Assembly (NCBI GenBank): GCA_963800275.1
Contig: CAWDAI010000013.1
Location: 69,403-133,402 of the forward strand
Direction of reading: 5' to 3'
From: an uncultured Chloroflexia bacterium
GTDB taxonomy: Bacteria > Chloroflexota > Limnocylindria > Limnocylindrales > CSP1-4
DNA: 64,000 nt
The position numbers were made by a program, and so were the translations under genes. The number at the start of each line of letters is the position of its first letter. Within the stretch, counting starts at the first letter, position 1. This document shows positions 44,664 to 55,196 of this stretch, one piece after another. Below the pieces are notes generated by a model. That model was given only the letters and a program-made list of their open reading frames with translations. It was not told where the DNA came from and did not search any database.

Positions 44664-44969
44664 TCAGCGCGGCGGCAGATCGTCCCGGTTCGACTCGAAC
44701 CCGGCCAGGACGTCCTCGATCCTGCTCAGCTCCGCCCGTAGCTCATCTGCCTGCGACCGCAGCGAGGCGGGCGAGACGGGCTCCGGGCGCGCCGGTCGTC
44801 GACGACGGTCACCCCAGCGCGGCGGTGGCTCCGGGCAGTCGCCCTCGTCGACCGTGTACACGACCACGTCGTGGTCGCACCACCGACCACGGTCATCGTG
44901 ACGGTATCGATCACCGCAGGACAGCTCCAACCAGTCGCAGCCGTGCGGGAAGTGGTGGTAGCAGCTCAT
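44664..44969 (-). CDS. Cys/His-rich small protein with a C-terminal helical segment
   Basis: MSCYHHFPHGCDWLELSCGDRYRHDDRGRWCDHD has 5 Cys and 6 His in 34 aa. It is followed by a Pro/Arg linker and SLRSQADELRAELSRIEDVLAGF. It starts 1 nt after the PadR stop. Confidence 0.55.
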   Translation of the reverse strand: MSCYHHFPHGCDWLELSCGDRYRHDDRGRWCDHDVVVYTVDEGDCPEPPPRWGDRRRRPARPEPVSPASLRSQADELRAELSRIEDVLAGFESNRDDLPPR

Positions 44970-44970
44970 C

Positions 44971-45387
44971 TCAATCCCCCATTCGGTCCGTGGCGGCCGC
45001 GCCCTGCTCGAGGAAGTGCTCGATCAGGCGTTTGCGCTCGGCCATCACGTCCATCCAGTCTTCGAGTGCACAGGCGCCCGCGTCGGTCAGGCGATATTCA
45101 CGGCGGGGCTGGCCTCCTTCCAGCCCCCACTCGGTCATGACGAGGCCCTCGGCGTCCAGGCTCCGCAGCGTGCGATAGACCATGCCCGGATCGATGCCAT
45201 CTGGAGCGACGCCCAGATCATCGAGTCGACCGATGATCTCGTAGCCGTAGGTGGGTCCCTGCGCCACGAGCAGCAGCACGAACGGCTCGATCCATCGCCC
45301 TCGTCGCGAATCATGGTGCGCACCATGATGGTGTCCTCGTGTGCTCCAGCCCGTGCCACCGGCCCCTCGGGTGTCATGCCCATGCAT
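44971..45387 (-). CDS. PadR-family transcriptional regulator with a His-rich N-terminal extension
   Basis: LLLVAQGPTYGYEIIGRL...VYRTLRSLDAEGLV...REYRLTDAG winged helix. The N-terminus reads MHGHD...HHHGAHHD. Confidence 0.85.
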   Translation of the reverse strand: MHGHDTRGAGGTGWSTRGHHHGAHHDSRRGRWIEPFVLLLVAQGPTYGYEIIGRLDDLGVAPDGIDPGMVYRTLRSLDAEGLVMTEWGLEGGQPRREYRLTDAGACALEDWMDVMAERKRLIEHFLEQGAAATDRMGD

Positions 45388-45402
45388 ATGTCATTAGCAT
45401 AT
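45386..45402. promoter_or_regulatory. Candidate PadR operator / leaderless promoter region
   Basis: The inverted repeat ATATG-N7-CATAT lies in the only AT-rich patch of the intergenic region and abuts the PadR start codon. On the minus strand, TATGCT is 8 nt upstream of the ATG. Confidence 0.35.
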
Positions 45403-45474
45403 AGGTGCTGTCAACACTGTCTCGCTCGACGACGTCCGCCGTGGTGGCAGTGTGGGACTCGATGACGGTGAGGG

Positions 45475-46341
45475 CTAGCGGCGCCAGAAGTCGTGGGCAT
45501 CGCGTGGGGGCCTGAAGCCCGCTGCCTCAGCGCGGGCGGCAGCTTCGCGGAAGCCGGTGCCCACCGCGGCGGCCGAGTGGGCGTCCGAGCCAAAGGAGAT
45601 CGCCGCGCCCCCGACCTCGTACCACCAATGCACCAGCACCGGGTCCAGCGGCAACCGCGAGTTGAGCTCCAGGATGCGGCCCGCCCGCGCCAGCGTCCGC
45701 AGCGTCTCGCGGTACTCGGATTCGAACCGGCGCGGGTCGTGCCTGCGACCGGCCTTGTGGATCTGGCGCACGAGGTAGTCGATGTGGGCCACGACCTCGA
45801 AGGCGCCCCCGTCCTGGGCCATCTGCGCGACCTCGGCGAGATACGTGCGCACGCTGGCAGCTTCGGCCTCGCCGTCGATGTGCTCGGTGTGGAACCACTC
45901 GTCGAGCACGCGTCGGCGACCATCGATCTCGAGCGAGTGCAACGACCCGAGGACCCGCTCGAAGCGTCCGCTCGCGAGCAGCGCGGCCAGGTCGTGGGGG
46001 AACCAGTGGGGCTCGCCGAACTCGACGCCGGAGCGGATGCGCAGCGACGGGAACAGCGAGCGACAGCGCTCCAGCTCGGCGAAGTAGCCGTCGAAGTCGA
46101 CAGGCGGGGGACGGAAGGTGGAGTCGTCTTCCACGTAGTCCGCTCCCTCGCGGGGGAATAGATCGGGTGCATTCGCGGGCACGTACCACTGCACCAGGTC
46201 CAGGTGCTCGGTGAAGGCGACGGAGGGCAACCCCAGCTCGACCGCCTCCGCGCACGCCGCTTCCATCGAGGCCCGCCCGGCGGTGTCCCACGAGAACTGC
46301 GAGTGCACGTGGTCGTCCGATGGGAGCGGCAGGGTCGTCAT
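45475..46341 (-). CDS. PHP-domain phosphatase (HisJ-type histidinol-phosphatase family)
   Basis: DDHVHSQFSWD, AFTEHLD, and HIDY... are metal-binding motifs of the PHP fold. Start chosen at MTTLPLPSDDH. Confidence 0.75.
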   Translation of the reverse strand: MTTLPLPSDDHVHSQFSWDTAGRASMEAACAEAVELGLPSVAFTEHLDLVQWYVPANAPDLFPREGADYVEDDSTFRPPPVDFDGYFAELERCRSLFPSLRIRSGVEFGEPHWFPHDLAALLASGRFERVLGSLHSLEIDGRRRVLDEWFHTEHIDGEAEAASVRTYLAEVAQMAQDGGAFEVVAHIDYLVRQIHKAGRRHDPRRFESEYRETLRTLARAGRILELNSRLPLDPVLVHWWYEVGGAAISFGSDAHSAAAVGTGFREAAARAEAAGFRPPRDAHDFWRR

Positions 46342-46441
46342 GCATCTACTCTGACACGGCTGCCGCTGTGCATGCCGCGACGGTCCGAGATGGAGCGCGA
46401 TGGCCGGCCAGGCGGCCGGTGGTCCGCAGCGTGCAGCTACG

Positions 46442-47264
46442 ATGGCGACCATGTCGCAGCAGCCGGCCGGTCGCTACACGCACGGCCACCACGAGTCGGT
46501 GCTGGCGTCGCACCGGACACGCACGGCGGCCGATTCCGCCGCCTACCTGCTACCCCAGCTGCGGCGTGGGCAACGGGTGCTCGACGTCGGCTGCGGTCCC
46601 GGCACGATCACCGTCGACCTCGCCGCGCTCGTCGCTCCGGGCGAGGTGGTGGCGCTGGACCGCGAGCCGGCCGTCCTCGAGGAGGTCGAACGCCTCGCTG
46701 CCGCACGTGGCCTGGCCAACCTCGTGACGTCCGTGGGCGATGTCTACGGCTTCGACTTCCCGGACTCGTCCTTCGACATGGTCCACGCCCACCAGGTGCT
46801 GCAGCACCTGTCCGATCCCGTCGCGGCACTGCGCGAGATGCGGCGGGTGACGGCTGCGGCAGGGTGGGTGGCCGCGCGTGACGGTGACTATGCGGCCATG
46901 TCCTGGTATCCGGACGAACCGCGGCTGGAGCGCTGGCGGGAGGTCTACCGCGCGGTCGCGAGGGCCAACGGAGCCGAGCCCGACGCGGGTCGCCGCCTCC
47001 TCGGCTGGGCCCAGGCAGCCGGCTTGCGCGAGGTCAGGCCATCTGCCTCGGTCTGGCTGTTCGCCGACCCCGAGCGTCGCGGCTGGTGGGCCGAGACGTG
47101 GGCACAGCGCACCGAGCGCTCCGCGCTCGCCACGCCGAGCCCTGGAGCTCGGTCTCGCGAGTGTCGACGAGCTGGCCGCGATGGCGGCCGCCTGGCGCGC
47201 GTGGGCCGGGCAGCCGGACGCCTGGTTCTGCGTGCCGCACGGGGAGATCCTCGCGCGACCGTGA
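46442..47264 (+). pseudogene. Class I SAM-dependent methyltransferase with a +1 frame break near the C-terminus
   Basis: VLDVGCGPGTIT and DMVHAHQVLQHL motifs. After ...RTERSALA the conserved tail ALELGLASVDELAAMAAAWRAWAGQPDAWFCVPHGEILARP continues in another frame. The break is around the CC run at 47135-47136. Confidence 0.7.
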
Positions 47265-47297
47265 GCGCGCGCCTGCCGTCCTCGCGGCGCGGCCGCC

Positions 47298-48119
47298 TCA
47301 GTTGCTGATGGAGCGGTACTTGCGCACGCCGAGGGGGGCGAAGACCGCCAGCAGCACCACCATCCAGCCCATCGTCACGAGGACCGGGTGATCGGCAGGC
47401 AGGCCTGACGAGGGGAAGGGGTTGGGATTGCCCCAGAGCTCGCGAAGCGCGGCCGTGAGCGTGCTCACCGGGTTCCAGGCCGCGATCGGCTGGAGCCAAT
47501 CGGGCAGCGTACCGATGGGCACGAAGACGTTCGACACGAAGGTCAGGGGGAAGATGACGATGAAGACGACCTGCTGGGCGACTTCCACCGTGGGCAGGCG
47601 CAAGCCGAGCCAGATGCCGATCCACGACATGACAAAGGCATATGCCAGGCAGCCGCCGATGCCGAAGAGGAGCGCCAGCAGGCCGTTGGGGACCGACCAG
47701 CCGACGACATAGCCCGAGGCCATCAGCACGAGCAGGATGCCGCCGTTGTAGACGACGTCCGAGACGGATCGTCCGAAGAGCACCGCCGATCGCGCCATGG
47801 GCAGCGAGCGGAAGCGGTCGATGATGCCCTTGTGCAGGTCCTCGGTCATGCCGATGGCCGTGGTCGCGGACGCGAACGTGAGCGTCTGCACGAAGATGCC
47901 CGGCATCAGGTAGGCCGAGTAGCTGGCTCCTCCGGGTAGGGGGATCGCTCCCCCGAAGACCACCGTGAAGAGCAACACGAACATGATCGACTGGAGGATG
48001 GCGAAGATCGCCAGCTCCGGGATGCGCGGGATGCGCTTGAGGTAGCGCCAGGTCAGCATCAGCCCGTCGTCGACGGCGCCGCGGACGCCACGGTCCGCGG
48101 CTGGCAGGGGAGCGCTCAT
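47298..48119 (-). CDS. ABC-2-type transporter permease (DrrB-like)
   Basis: Six-helix ABC-2 pattern. It overlaps the upstream ATPase gene stop. Confidence 0.8.
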   Translation of the reverse strand: MSAPLPAADRGVRGAVDDGLMLTWRYLKRIPRIPELAIFAILQSIMFVLLFTVVFGGAIPLPGGASYSAYLMPGIFVQTLTFASATTAIGMTEDLHKGIIDRFRSLPMARSAVLFGRSVSDVVYNGGILLVLMASGYVVGWSVPNGLLALLFGIGGCLAYAFVMSWIGIWLGLRLPTVEVAQQVVFIVIFPLTFVSNVFVPIGTLPDWLQPIAAWNPVSTLTAALRELWGNPNPFPSSGLPADHPVLVTMGWMVVLLAVFAPLGVRKYRSISN

Positions 48120-49138
48120 GGGCGCACCTCCGAGGTCGTCTGGTCGAGTCCGACTTCCTGCTCGGCGGCAGCTTCCGGATCGGGCAGGGCCTCCGCCGCG
48201 TGGCCCGTCAGCGAGAGGAAGACATCGTCGAGGGTGGGACGGCGCATGGCGATGTCATCGAGGGCGATGCCCGCTTCATCCAGCTCGCGGAAGACGCCGA
48301 AGAGCTTGTCCGATCCGCCGCCGGCGGCGACGCTGAGGAGGCGCGACGGGGCGTCGACGGCGACCTCGCCACCGCCGTGCCGCGCGAGCACCCCCTCGAC
48401 GAAGGGGATGTCCTCCGAGCGGTTGACGTGCAGCTCGATGCGCTCGCCACCGACCTGTCGCTTGAGCTGGTCGGAGCTGCCATGGGCGATGACGTGCCCG
48501 TGGTCGATGACCACGATGTCCTGTGCCAGCTCGTCGGCCTCCTCCAGGTACTGCGTCGTCAGCAGCAGGGTCGTGCCATCGCGCACCAGCCCGCGGATGA
48601 CCTGCCACATGCCCAGCCGGCTGCGGGGATCCAGGCCGGTCGTGGGCTCGTCGAGGATGAGCAGGCGAGGGCGCCCGATCAGGGCACTCGCGAGGTCGAG
48701 ACGCCGGCGCATGCCGCCGGAGTAGGTCTTGACGACGCGGTCGGCGGCCTCGACCAGGTCGAATTGCTCGAGCAACGTATCGGCGCGGGCATGGGCGTCC
48801 TTCGAGCCGAGCTGATAGAGACGCGCGAAGAGCCAGAGGTTCTCGCGACCCGTCAGGTTCTCGTCGACCGCGGCGTATTGCCCGGACAGGCCGATGACGT
48901 GGCGCAGCTGCTGGGCTTCACGCACGACGTCGTAGCCGGCCACCCGGCAGGTGCCCTGATCGGGCCGGAGCAGGGTGGAGACGATCCGGACGGTCGTGGT
49001 CTTGCCTGCTCCGTTGGGACCCAGCAGGCCCACCACGGCACCCTCGGGAACGGTGAGGTCCAGACCGTCGAGCGCACGAACCTCGCTCTTGCGGGACTTG
49101 TAGACCTTGACCAGGCCCTCGGCCTCGATGATCGCCAC
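48116..49138 (-). CDS. ABC transporter ATP-binding protein (DrrA-like)
   Basis: Walker A GLLGPNGAGKTTT, signature YSGGMRRRL, and Walker B LLILDEPTTGLD. Confidence 0.9.
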   Translation of the reverse strand: MAIIEAEGLVKVYKSRKSEVRALDGLDLTVPEGAVVGLLGPNGAGKTTTVRIVSTLLRPDQGTCRVAGYDVVREAQQLRHVIGLSGQYAAVDENLTGRENLWLFARLYQLGSKDAHARADTLLEQFDLVEAADRVVKTYSGGMRRRLDLASALIGRPRLLILDEPTTGLDPRSRLGMWQVIRGLVRDGTTLLLTTQYLEEADELAQDIVVIDHGHVIAHGSSDQLKRQVGGERIELHVNRSEDIPFVEGVLARHGGGEVAVDAPSRLLSVAAGGGSDKLFGVFRELDEAGIALDDIAMRRPTLDDVFLSLTGHAAEALPDPEAAAEQEVGLDQTTSEVRP

Positions 49139-49260
49139 TCGTGGCTCCTCCAGCGGACATCAGAACGGCCCCCCGCCGCGGGAGCATAGCGTGGACGGGG
49201 GCAGGTGTGGGCGCGCCGTGCGGGCGGCGTGGCTCCGCGCCGACAGCTAAGGTTCGGGGC

Positions 49261-51576
49261 GTGATCCTCCCGCTGGTGGTGGCGCTCGGCTTCGTCGCGG
49301 CGCTGCTAGTGCCGCTCGTCCGCCGCCTGTTCGGCCGCTACGCCATCGTGGCCTTCGTGGCCATCCCGGCGTTCCTGGCCGTCGTATTCGCGTGGCAGGC
49401 GCCGGGGGTGCTCGCTGGCGAGCCGGTGCGCTGGTCGACGGCTTGGGTGCCCCAGCTGTACCTGAGCCTGTCCTTCTCGCTCGACGGCCTGTCCCTGCTG
49501 TTCGCCCTGCTGATCAGCGGCATCGGGGTGGCCGTGATCCTGTACGCCGAGCGCTACCTCCATGGGCACTCCGAGATCGATCGCTTCCATGCCCTGGCGC
49601 TCGCGTTCATGGCCTCGATGCTGGGCCTGGTCCTGTCCGACGACCTGCTCCTGGTGCTCGTCTTCTGGGGCCTGACCGGCGTGACCTCGTACCTGCTCAT
49701 CGGTTTCGAGCACACCGTCAGCGTGTCGCGGCTCTCGGCACAGCAGGCCCTGATCGTGACCGTCAGCGGCGAGCTGGCGATGATCGCCGGGCTGGTCCTG
49801 CTGGGCCTCGCGGCCGATACCTTCAGCATCTCCGCGCTGCTGCCGGAGGGCGACCTGGTCCAGGCTGACGCGCGCTACGGTCTCCTGACCGTCCTCATCC
49901 TGCTCGGCGCCCTGGCCAAGTCGGCCCAGTTCCCGTTCCACTTCTGGCTGCCCAACGCCATGGCCGCGCCCACTCCGGTCAGCGCCTATCTGCACTCGGC
50001 CACGATGGTGACGGCCGGCGTCTACCTGGTCTCGCGGCTGACGCCGGTCCTGGGTGGGACCGAGCTGTGGACGGTGATCCTCGTGATCAGCGGCGGTGCG
50101 ACCATGCTCATCGGCAACATCCTGGCCTTGCGCCAGCACGACATGAAGCTGGTGCTGGCCTACTCCACGGTGGGCGCCCTGGGCACGATGGTGATGCTGG
50201 TGGGGCTGGGCTCCGATACTGCGTTCGTGGCGGCCATGGCCCTGCTCCTGGCGCATGCGCTCTACAAGGCCGGGCTCTTCCTCGTGACCGGCAGCGTGGA
50301 CCACGAGATGGGTACGCGCGAGCTGGATCGCTTCAGCGGCCTCGCCCGTGTCATGCCCCTGACCACCGCCGCCGCCGCGCTGGGCGCGGTGTCCATGGCC
50401 GGCATCGCGCCGACCATCGGGTTCGCAGCCAAGGAGCTGGGCCTCAAGTCGGGCCTCGCGGCAGGGGAGGCCACGGTGCTCGTGACCGCAGCCCTCGTGG
50501 TGGCCGGTGCGGCCACGGTCGGTGTGGCCGCGATCGTCAGCATCGGGCCGTTCGCCGGCTCGCTGCGCACGGCTCGAGACGGCGCCCACGAGCCAGGCTG
50601 GCCGATGTGGCTGGCCCCCCTGGTCCTGGGCTCCATCGGCCTGCTCGCGGGCCTGTTCCCGGGGCTCGGATCGGGGCCGCTCGTGGGCGCGGCCGCGGAG
50701 GCCATCGGTGGCGGGCAGGCCCAGTACGGGGTGGAGCCGTGGTACGGCGTGGACCTGGCCCTCGTCCTGAGCCTGGCGAGCATCGCCGCCGGTGCGGTGA
50801 TCTTCTGGCGACGACTCGATGTGCGCACGCTGGTGGCTGGCATCGACCTCGGGCACCGGTCGGGCCCGGAGAAGTTCTACGTCCTGTCCGAGGTCTCCAT
50901 GCTGCACGCGGTCAAGCGGATCACCGGCGCCACCCAGAATGGCAAGCTGCGCCTCTACCTCCTGACCGTGATCGCCACGCTCGTGGCGCTGGTCTGGACG
51001 ACGGTGCTCTGGTCGGGTGCGCTGCCGGCGCTGCATTTCGAGCTCGACCTCTACCCCTGGGAGGCGATCGTGGCGGGCATCATCGTGGCCGGATCCGCGG
51101 TGGCCGTGACCACGCGTTCCCGCCTCGGCGCGGTCACCGCGCTCGGCGCCGTCGGCTACGGCATCTCGCTCGTCTACGTCTTCTTCGGCGCTCCGGACCT
51201 GGCCATCGCCCAGATCCTGGTGGAGACGCTCACGGTCCTGCTCTTCGTGCTGGTCTTCTATCACATGCCCCGCTTCGGGGTGGAGACGGCCCAAGCCTCC
51301 AAGGTGCGTGACGCCGTCATCGCCGCAGCGGCTGGGCTGCTCATGACCGGGTTCGTGCTGGCTGCGGTCAGCGTCCCGGCGGACTCCATCAGCGACTGGT
51401 TCCTGCAGGGCAGCCTGGCCCTGGCCAAGGGCCAGAACGTGGTCAACACCATCATCGTGGACTTCCGCTCGCTCGATACCCTGGGCGAGGTCTTCGTGCT
51501 GGCGGTGGCCGGCTTCGGGGTCTACGCGCTGCTCAAGCTGCGTGCACGCCGGGCGACCGAGGGCGAGGAACGATGA
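49261..51576 (+). CDS. mrpA: Na+/H+ antiporter subunit A (MrpA/MnhA)
   Basis: A large NuoL-like membrane protein with a C-terminal MnhB-like extension ([17 protein letters not shown]). First gene of a seven-gene overlapping operon. GTG start proposed at 49261. Confidence 0.85.
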   Translation: MILPLVVALGFVAALLVPLVRRLFGRYAIVAFVAIPAFLAVVFAWQAPGVLAGEPVRWSTAWVPQLYLSLSFSLDGLSLLFALLISGIGVAVILYAERYLHGHSEIDRFHALALAFMASMLGLVLSDDLLLVLVFWGLTGVTSYLLIGFEHTVSVSRLSAQQALIVTVSGELAMIAGLVLLGLAADTFSISALLPEGDLVQADARYGLLTVLILLGALAKSAQFPFHFWLPNAMAAPTPVSAYLHSATMVTAGVYLVSRLTPVLGGTELWTVILVISGGATMLIGNILALRQHDMKLVLAYSTVGALGTMVMLVGLGSDTAFVAAMALLLAHALYKAGLFLVTGSVDHEMGTRELDRFSGLARVMPLTTAAAALGAVSMAGIAPTIGFAAKELGLKSGLAAGEATVLVTAALVVAGAATVGVAAIVSIGPFAGSLRTARDGAHEPGWPMWLAPLVLGSIGLLAGLFPGLGSGPLVGAAAEAIGGGQAQYGVEPWYGVDLALVLSLASIAAGAVIFWRRLDVRTLVAGIDLGHRSGPEKFYVLSEVSMLHAVKRITGATQNGKLRLYLLTVIATLVALVWTTVLWSGALPALHFELDLYPWEAIVAGIIVAGSAVAVTTRSRLGAVTALGAVGYGISLVYVFFGAPDLAIAQILVETLTVLLFVLVFYHMPRFGVETAQASKVRDAVIAAAAGLLMTGFVLAAVSVPADSISDWFLQGSLALAKGQNVVNTIIVDFRSLDTLGEVFVLAVAGFGVYALLKLRARRATEGEER

Positions 51577-51992
51577 GGGGCTTGATCCTGCCCACGGCCA
51601 CCACCTGGCTGATGCCGGTGCTGGTGCTCTTCAGCGTGTTCCTGCTGCTGCGCGGGCACAACGAGCCCGGCGGCGGCTTTGCCGGCGGCCTGGTCCTGGC
51701 GGCCGCGTTCATCCTGCTCTCCATCGCTGACGGCGTGCGCGAGGCGCGCGAGACGCTGCACGCGGACCCCCGCTCGTTCATCGGCAGCGGGCTGCTGCTG
51801 ATGCTCCTCGCCGGGATCGTGGCGCCGCTCCTCTACGGTGAGCCCTTCCTGACGGCCCACTGGTGGTCGGTGCCGGTGACCGGCGCAGGCTTCTCGGTGG
51901 GCACCCCGCTGCTCTTCGACATCGGGGTCTACCTCGCCGTCGCGGGCACGATCCTGCTGCTGGCCTTCTCGCTGGAGGAGGAAGAGGAATGA
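51573..51992 (+). CDS. mrpB: Na+/H+ antiporter subunit B
   Basis: [18 protein letters not shown] motif. ATGA overlaps on both sides. Confidence 0.85.
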   Translation: MRGLILPTATTWLMPVLVLFSVFLLLRGHNEPGGGFAGGLVLAAAFILLSIADGVREARETLHADPRSFIGSGLLLMLLAGIVAPLLYGEPFLTAHWWSVPVTGAGFSVGTPLLFDIGVYLAVAGTILLLAFSLEEEEE

Positions 51993-52339
51993 CGGTGCTG
52001 CTGGCGATCACGGCCGGGATCCTCTTCGCGGCTGCCATCTACCTCATGCTGCGGCGCTCGATGCTCAAGCTGGCGTTGGGCCTGTCTCTGCTGGCCAACG
52101 CCGCCAACCTCGTCATCTTCGTGGCCGCGGGCATCACACGCGGCGAGCCGCCGCTGGTGCCGCAGGGCGCGACCGCCGCACCGCCGGACGCGGCCGACCC
52201 GCTGCCGCAGGCGATGGTGCTGACGGCGATCGTCATCGGCTTCGCGGTGCTCGCCTTCACGCTGACGCTCATGCACCGCGTCTACCAGGAGGGTGGCTCC
52301 GACGACGTCGACGACCTGAGTGAGGCGGACATCCAGTGA
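51989..52339 (+). CDS. mrpC: Na+/H+ antiporter subunit C (NuoK-like)
   Basis: [24 protein letters not shown]... in three TM helices. Operon position. Confidence 0.85.
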   Translation: MTVLLAITAGILFAAAIYLMLRRSMLKLALGLSLLANAANLVIFVAAGITRGEPPLVPQGATAAPPDAADPLPQAMVLTAIVIGFAVLAFTLTLMHRVYQEGGSDDVDDLSEADIQ

Positions 52340-53865
52340 GTGAGCTGGTGCTGGCCCCTGTGCTCATCCCTCTCGTGGCGGCCGCACTCGGCTTCGTGGC
52401 CTGGCGGCACACGGATCTCCAGCGGCTGGTGGCCGTCATCGGTGCCGCTGCCCTGCTGGTGGCCGGGATCGGCCTGCTGGTGGTGGTCGAGCGTGACGGC
52501 ATCCAAACCCTCCAGATCGGCAGTTGGCCGGCGCCCTTCGGCATCACCATGGTGGCCGACCTCTTCAGCGCCCTCCTCATCGTCCTCGCCGGCGTCCTGG
52601 CCGTGGCCGTGGTCGTCTACTCCACCGCCACCATCGACAGCGGGCGCGAGCGATACGCCTACTACCCCCTCACGATGGTGCTGCTGGCAGGCGTGGCCGG
52701 GACATTCCTGACCGGCGACCTCTTCAATCTCTACGTCTGGTTCGAGGTCCTGCTCATCGCCTCCTTCGTGCTGCTCGGCCTGGGCGGCGAGCGGGACCAG
52801 CTCGAGGGTGCCCTCAAGTACGTCGCGCTCAACCTGGTTGCCTCGTCGGTGCTGCTGGTGACGATCGGCGTGCTCTACGGCATGACCGGCACGGTCAACA
52901 TGGCCGACCTGGCGCGACGGCTGGAGGTCCTCGAGCCCGACGGGCTGGTGACCGCGGTGGCGGCCATGCTGCTCGTGGCCTTCGGCATCAAGGCCGCGTT
53001 GGTGCCGCTCTTCTTCTGGCTCCCCGCGTCCTACCACACGCCGCCGGTGGCCGTGGCCGCCATCTTCAGCGGGCTCCTGACCAAGGTCGGCATCTACGCC
53101 CTGGTGCGCGTCTTCACCCTGCTCTTCGCCGGTGAGGCGGCCACCTTCCAGCCCCTGCTGCTGGCGGTGGCCGGGCTGACCATGGTGGTCGGCGTGATCG
53201 GTGCGGTGGCCCAGCACGAGATGCGCCGGTTGCTCTCGTTCCACATCATCAGCCAGATCGGCTACCTGGTCATGGGGCTGGCGCTGTTCACCGTCAGCGC
53301 GCTGGCGGGACTGATCTACTTCCTGCTGCACGTGGCCCTGGCCAAGTCGACCCTCTTCCTGGTGGCTGGCGCGGTGCGCCAGCTGACCGGCTCCTTCGAA
53401 CTGGCCAAGACCGGTGGTCTGTGGGTCCTCAAGCCGGGCCTGGCGGTCCTCTTCGGTATCGCCGCCATGAGCCTCGCGGGGATCCCGCCCTTCAGCGGGT
53501 TCCTGGCCAAGCTGGCCCTCATCGAGGCCGGCCTGGAGGTCGACCACCTGCTCATCGTGTTCGTAGCCCTGGCGGTGAGCCTGATGACGCTCTACTCCAT
53601 GCTCAAGATATGGAACGCAGCGTTCTGGAAACCGCTTCCGACGGAACTCGAGCCGTTCGCCGATGGCGCCGCGGCGGTCACCCCCGAGCGCGTCGCCTCC
53701 ACGCACCTGGCGCTCGCGGTCGTGGGACCCATCGCTTTCCTGGTGGCCTGCTCGATCGGGCTGGCGGTGGCGGCAGGCCCGGTGTTCGACCTGGCCGACG
53801 CGGCCGCGACACAGCTGATGGACCCCGCCGGCTACATCGAGGCGGTCCTGGGAGAGGCGCCATGA
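52336..53865 (+). CDS. mrpD: Na+/H+ antiporter subunit D (NuoM/N-like)
   Basis: 509-aa polytopic protein with the proton-pumping subunit pattern ([25 protein letters not shown]). Confidence 0.9.
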   Translation: MSELVLAPVLIPLVAAALGFVAWRHTDLQRLVAVIGAAALLVAGIGLLVVVERDGIQTLQIGSWPAPFGITMVADLFSALLIVLAGVLAVAVVVYSTATIDSGRERYAYYPLTMVLLAGVAGTFLTGDLFNLYVWFEVLLIASFVLLGLGGERDQLEGALKYVALNLVASSVLLVTIGVLYGMTGTVNMADLARRLEVLEPDGLVTAVAAMLLVAFGIKAALVPLFFWLPASYHTPPVAVAAIFSGLLTKVGIYALVRVFTLLFAGEAATFQPLLLAVAGLTMVVGVIGAVAQHEMRRLLSFHIISQIGYLVMGLALFTVSALAGLIYFLLHVALAKSTLFLVAGAVRQLTGSFELAKTGGLWVLKPGLAVLFGIAAMSLAGIPPFSGFLAKLALIEAGLEVDHLLIVFVALAVSLMTLYSMLKIWNAAFWKPLPTELEPFADGAAAVTPERVASTHLALAVVGPIAFLVACSIGLAVAAGPVFDLADAAATQLMDPAGYIEAVLGEAP

Positions 53866-54398
53866 GCGACCCCGGCCGCCAACCCAGCGAGCGCGACGGC
53901 GGGAGGCTCCGTCCGGTCAACAGCTCGACCATGTTCGCTTCCAACCTCGTGCTGGCGCTGGTGTGGACGGCCATGACCGGGCACTTCGACGTGGCCAACC
54001 TCGCGCTCGGCTTCGCCTTCGGCTACGTGGTGCTCTTCCTGCTCCAGCGCGTCACCGGACGTTCGCGCTACTTCTCCAAGTCGATCCTGCTGGTCTCGTT
54101 CGCGCTCTTCTACCTGCTCGAGGTCGTGCGCGCGAACGTGCGCGTGGCCATCGACGTGGTCACACCCACACGCCGCTCGCTCCCGGGGGTGGTGGCGGTG
54201 CCGCTCGATGCGCGGACCGACGTGGAGATCGCGCTGCTGGCCAACCTCATCACGATGACGCCAGGATCGCTCTCGGTCGATGTGGCTGACGACCGCTCGG
54301 TCATCTACGTGCACTCGATGTTCGCCGAGGATCCCGACGAGCTGCGGCGCCAGATCAAGTCCGATCTGGAGCGACGCGTGCTGGAGCTGGTCCGATGA
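53862..54398 (+). CDS. mrpE: Na+/H+ antiporter subunit E
   Basis: NLVLALVWTAMTG...ANVRVAIDV...ITMTPGSLSVD. The start overlaps the mrpD stop. Confidence 0.85.
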   Translation: MSDPGRQPSERDGGRLRPVNSSTMFASNLVLALVWTAMTGHFDVANLALGFAFGYVVLFLLQRVTGRSRYFSKSILLVSFALFYLLEVVRANVRVAIDVVTPTRRSLPGVVAVPLDARTDVEIALLANLITMTPGSLSVDVADDRSVIYVHSMFAEDPDELRRQIKSDLERRVLELVR

Positions 54399-54679
54399 GC
54401 TTCGCCGACGGCGTGCCCGACCCCATCATCGCGGCGGCTCTCCTGGCCATGGCCATCTCACTGGTCATCACCTTCTACCGCATCGTGCGCGGCCCCAGCC
54501 TCATGGACCGCGTGGTGGCGCTGGAGCTGACGGCGAGCCTCGTCGCAGGCATCGTGGCCATCTATGCCATCGGCACCGACGAGCCGGCGCTCATCGACGT
54601 GGCCATCGCCCTGGCCTTGGTGGCCTTCCTGAGCGCTGTCGCCTTCGCCCACTACGCTGAGCGGACCAGGCAGCGATGA
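54395..54679 (+). CDS. mrpF: Na+/H+ antiporter subunit F
   Basis: 94-aa protein with three TM helices and YRIVRGPSLMDRVVALE. Confidence 0.85.
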   Translation: MSFADGVPDPIIAAALLAMAISLVITFYRIVRGPSLMDRVVALELTASLVAGIVAIYAIGTDEPALIDVAIALALVAFLSAVAFAHYAERTRQR

Positions 54680-55113
54680 GCGAGATCGTGGTCACGGTCG
54701 CGGTCGTGCTGGGCACCGTCTTCGGCTTGCTCAGCGCCGTGGGCATCCTGCGCATGCCCGACGTCTACATCCGCCTGCAGGTCGCGAGCAAGGCATCCTC
54801 GCTCGGCATCGCCCTCCTGATGGTGGGGGTCGCGGCACACTTCGGGCGGCTCGACGTCACCATCCGCGCGCTGCTCGTGGTCGTCTTCCTCTTCCTCACC
54901 GCGCCGGTGGCGGCGCACCTCATCGGTCGCGCCGCCTACCTCATGGGCGTACCGCTCGCAGAGGGTTCCAAGCCCGACGAGCTGGCCGGCCGCTACGACC
55001 CGGCCACGGGCGAGCTCGCCGGACCGGGTAGGGGCTCGGAGCGCGGAGAGCCGGTGAGCGAGGGCCCGGGCAGCGACGAGGCGACGAGCGAGGGGCCCGG
55101 CGTCGGCGCCTGA
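54676..55113 (+). CDS. mrpG: Na+/H+ antiporter subunit G
   Basis: LLSAVGILRMPDVYIRLQVASKASSLG motif, with an acidic Gly/Glu-rich tail. Confidence 0.85.
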   Translation: MSEIVVTVAVVLGTVFGLLSAVGILRMPDVYIRLQVASKASSLGIALLMVGVAAHFGRLDVTIRALLVVVFLFLTAPVAAHLIGRAAYLMGVPLAEGSKPDELAGRYDPATGELAGPGRGSERGEPVSEGPGSDEATSEGPGVGA

Positions 55114-55196
55114 TCCTCGGCGTGGCGCCTCGGCCCGGCCCGGCCGCGGGTCTCATCCGCCGCCCGCGTGCAGGGCCCGTCCTTCATCATCGGGCC

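Noticed and set aside
49306-51294. 662-aa minus-strand ORF
   Set aside because: It is antisense to mrpA. The composition is hydrophilic and Arg/His/Gly/Asp/Glu-rich, with no motifs.
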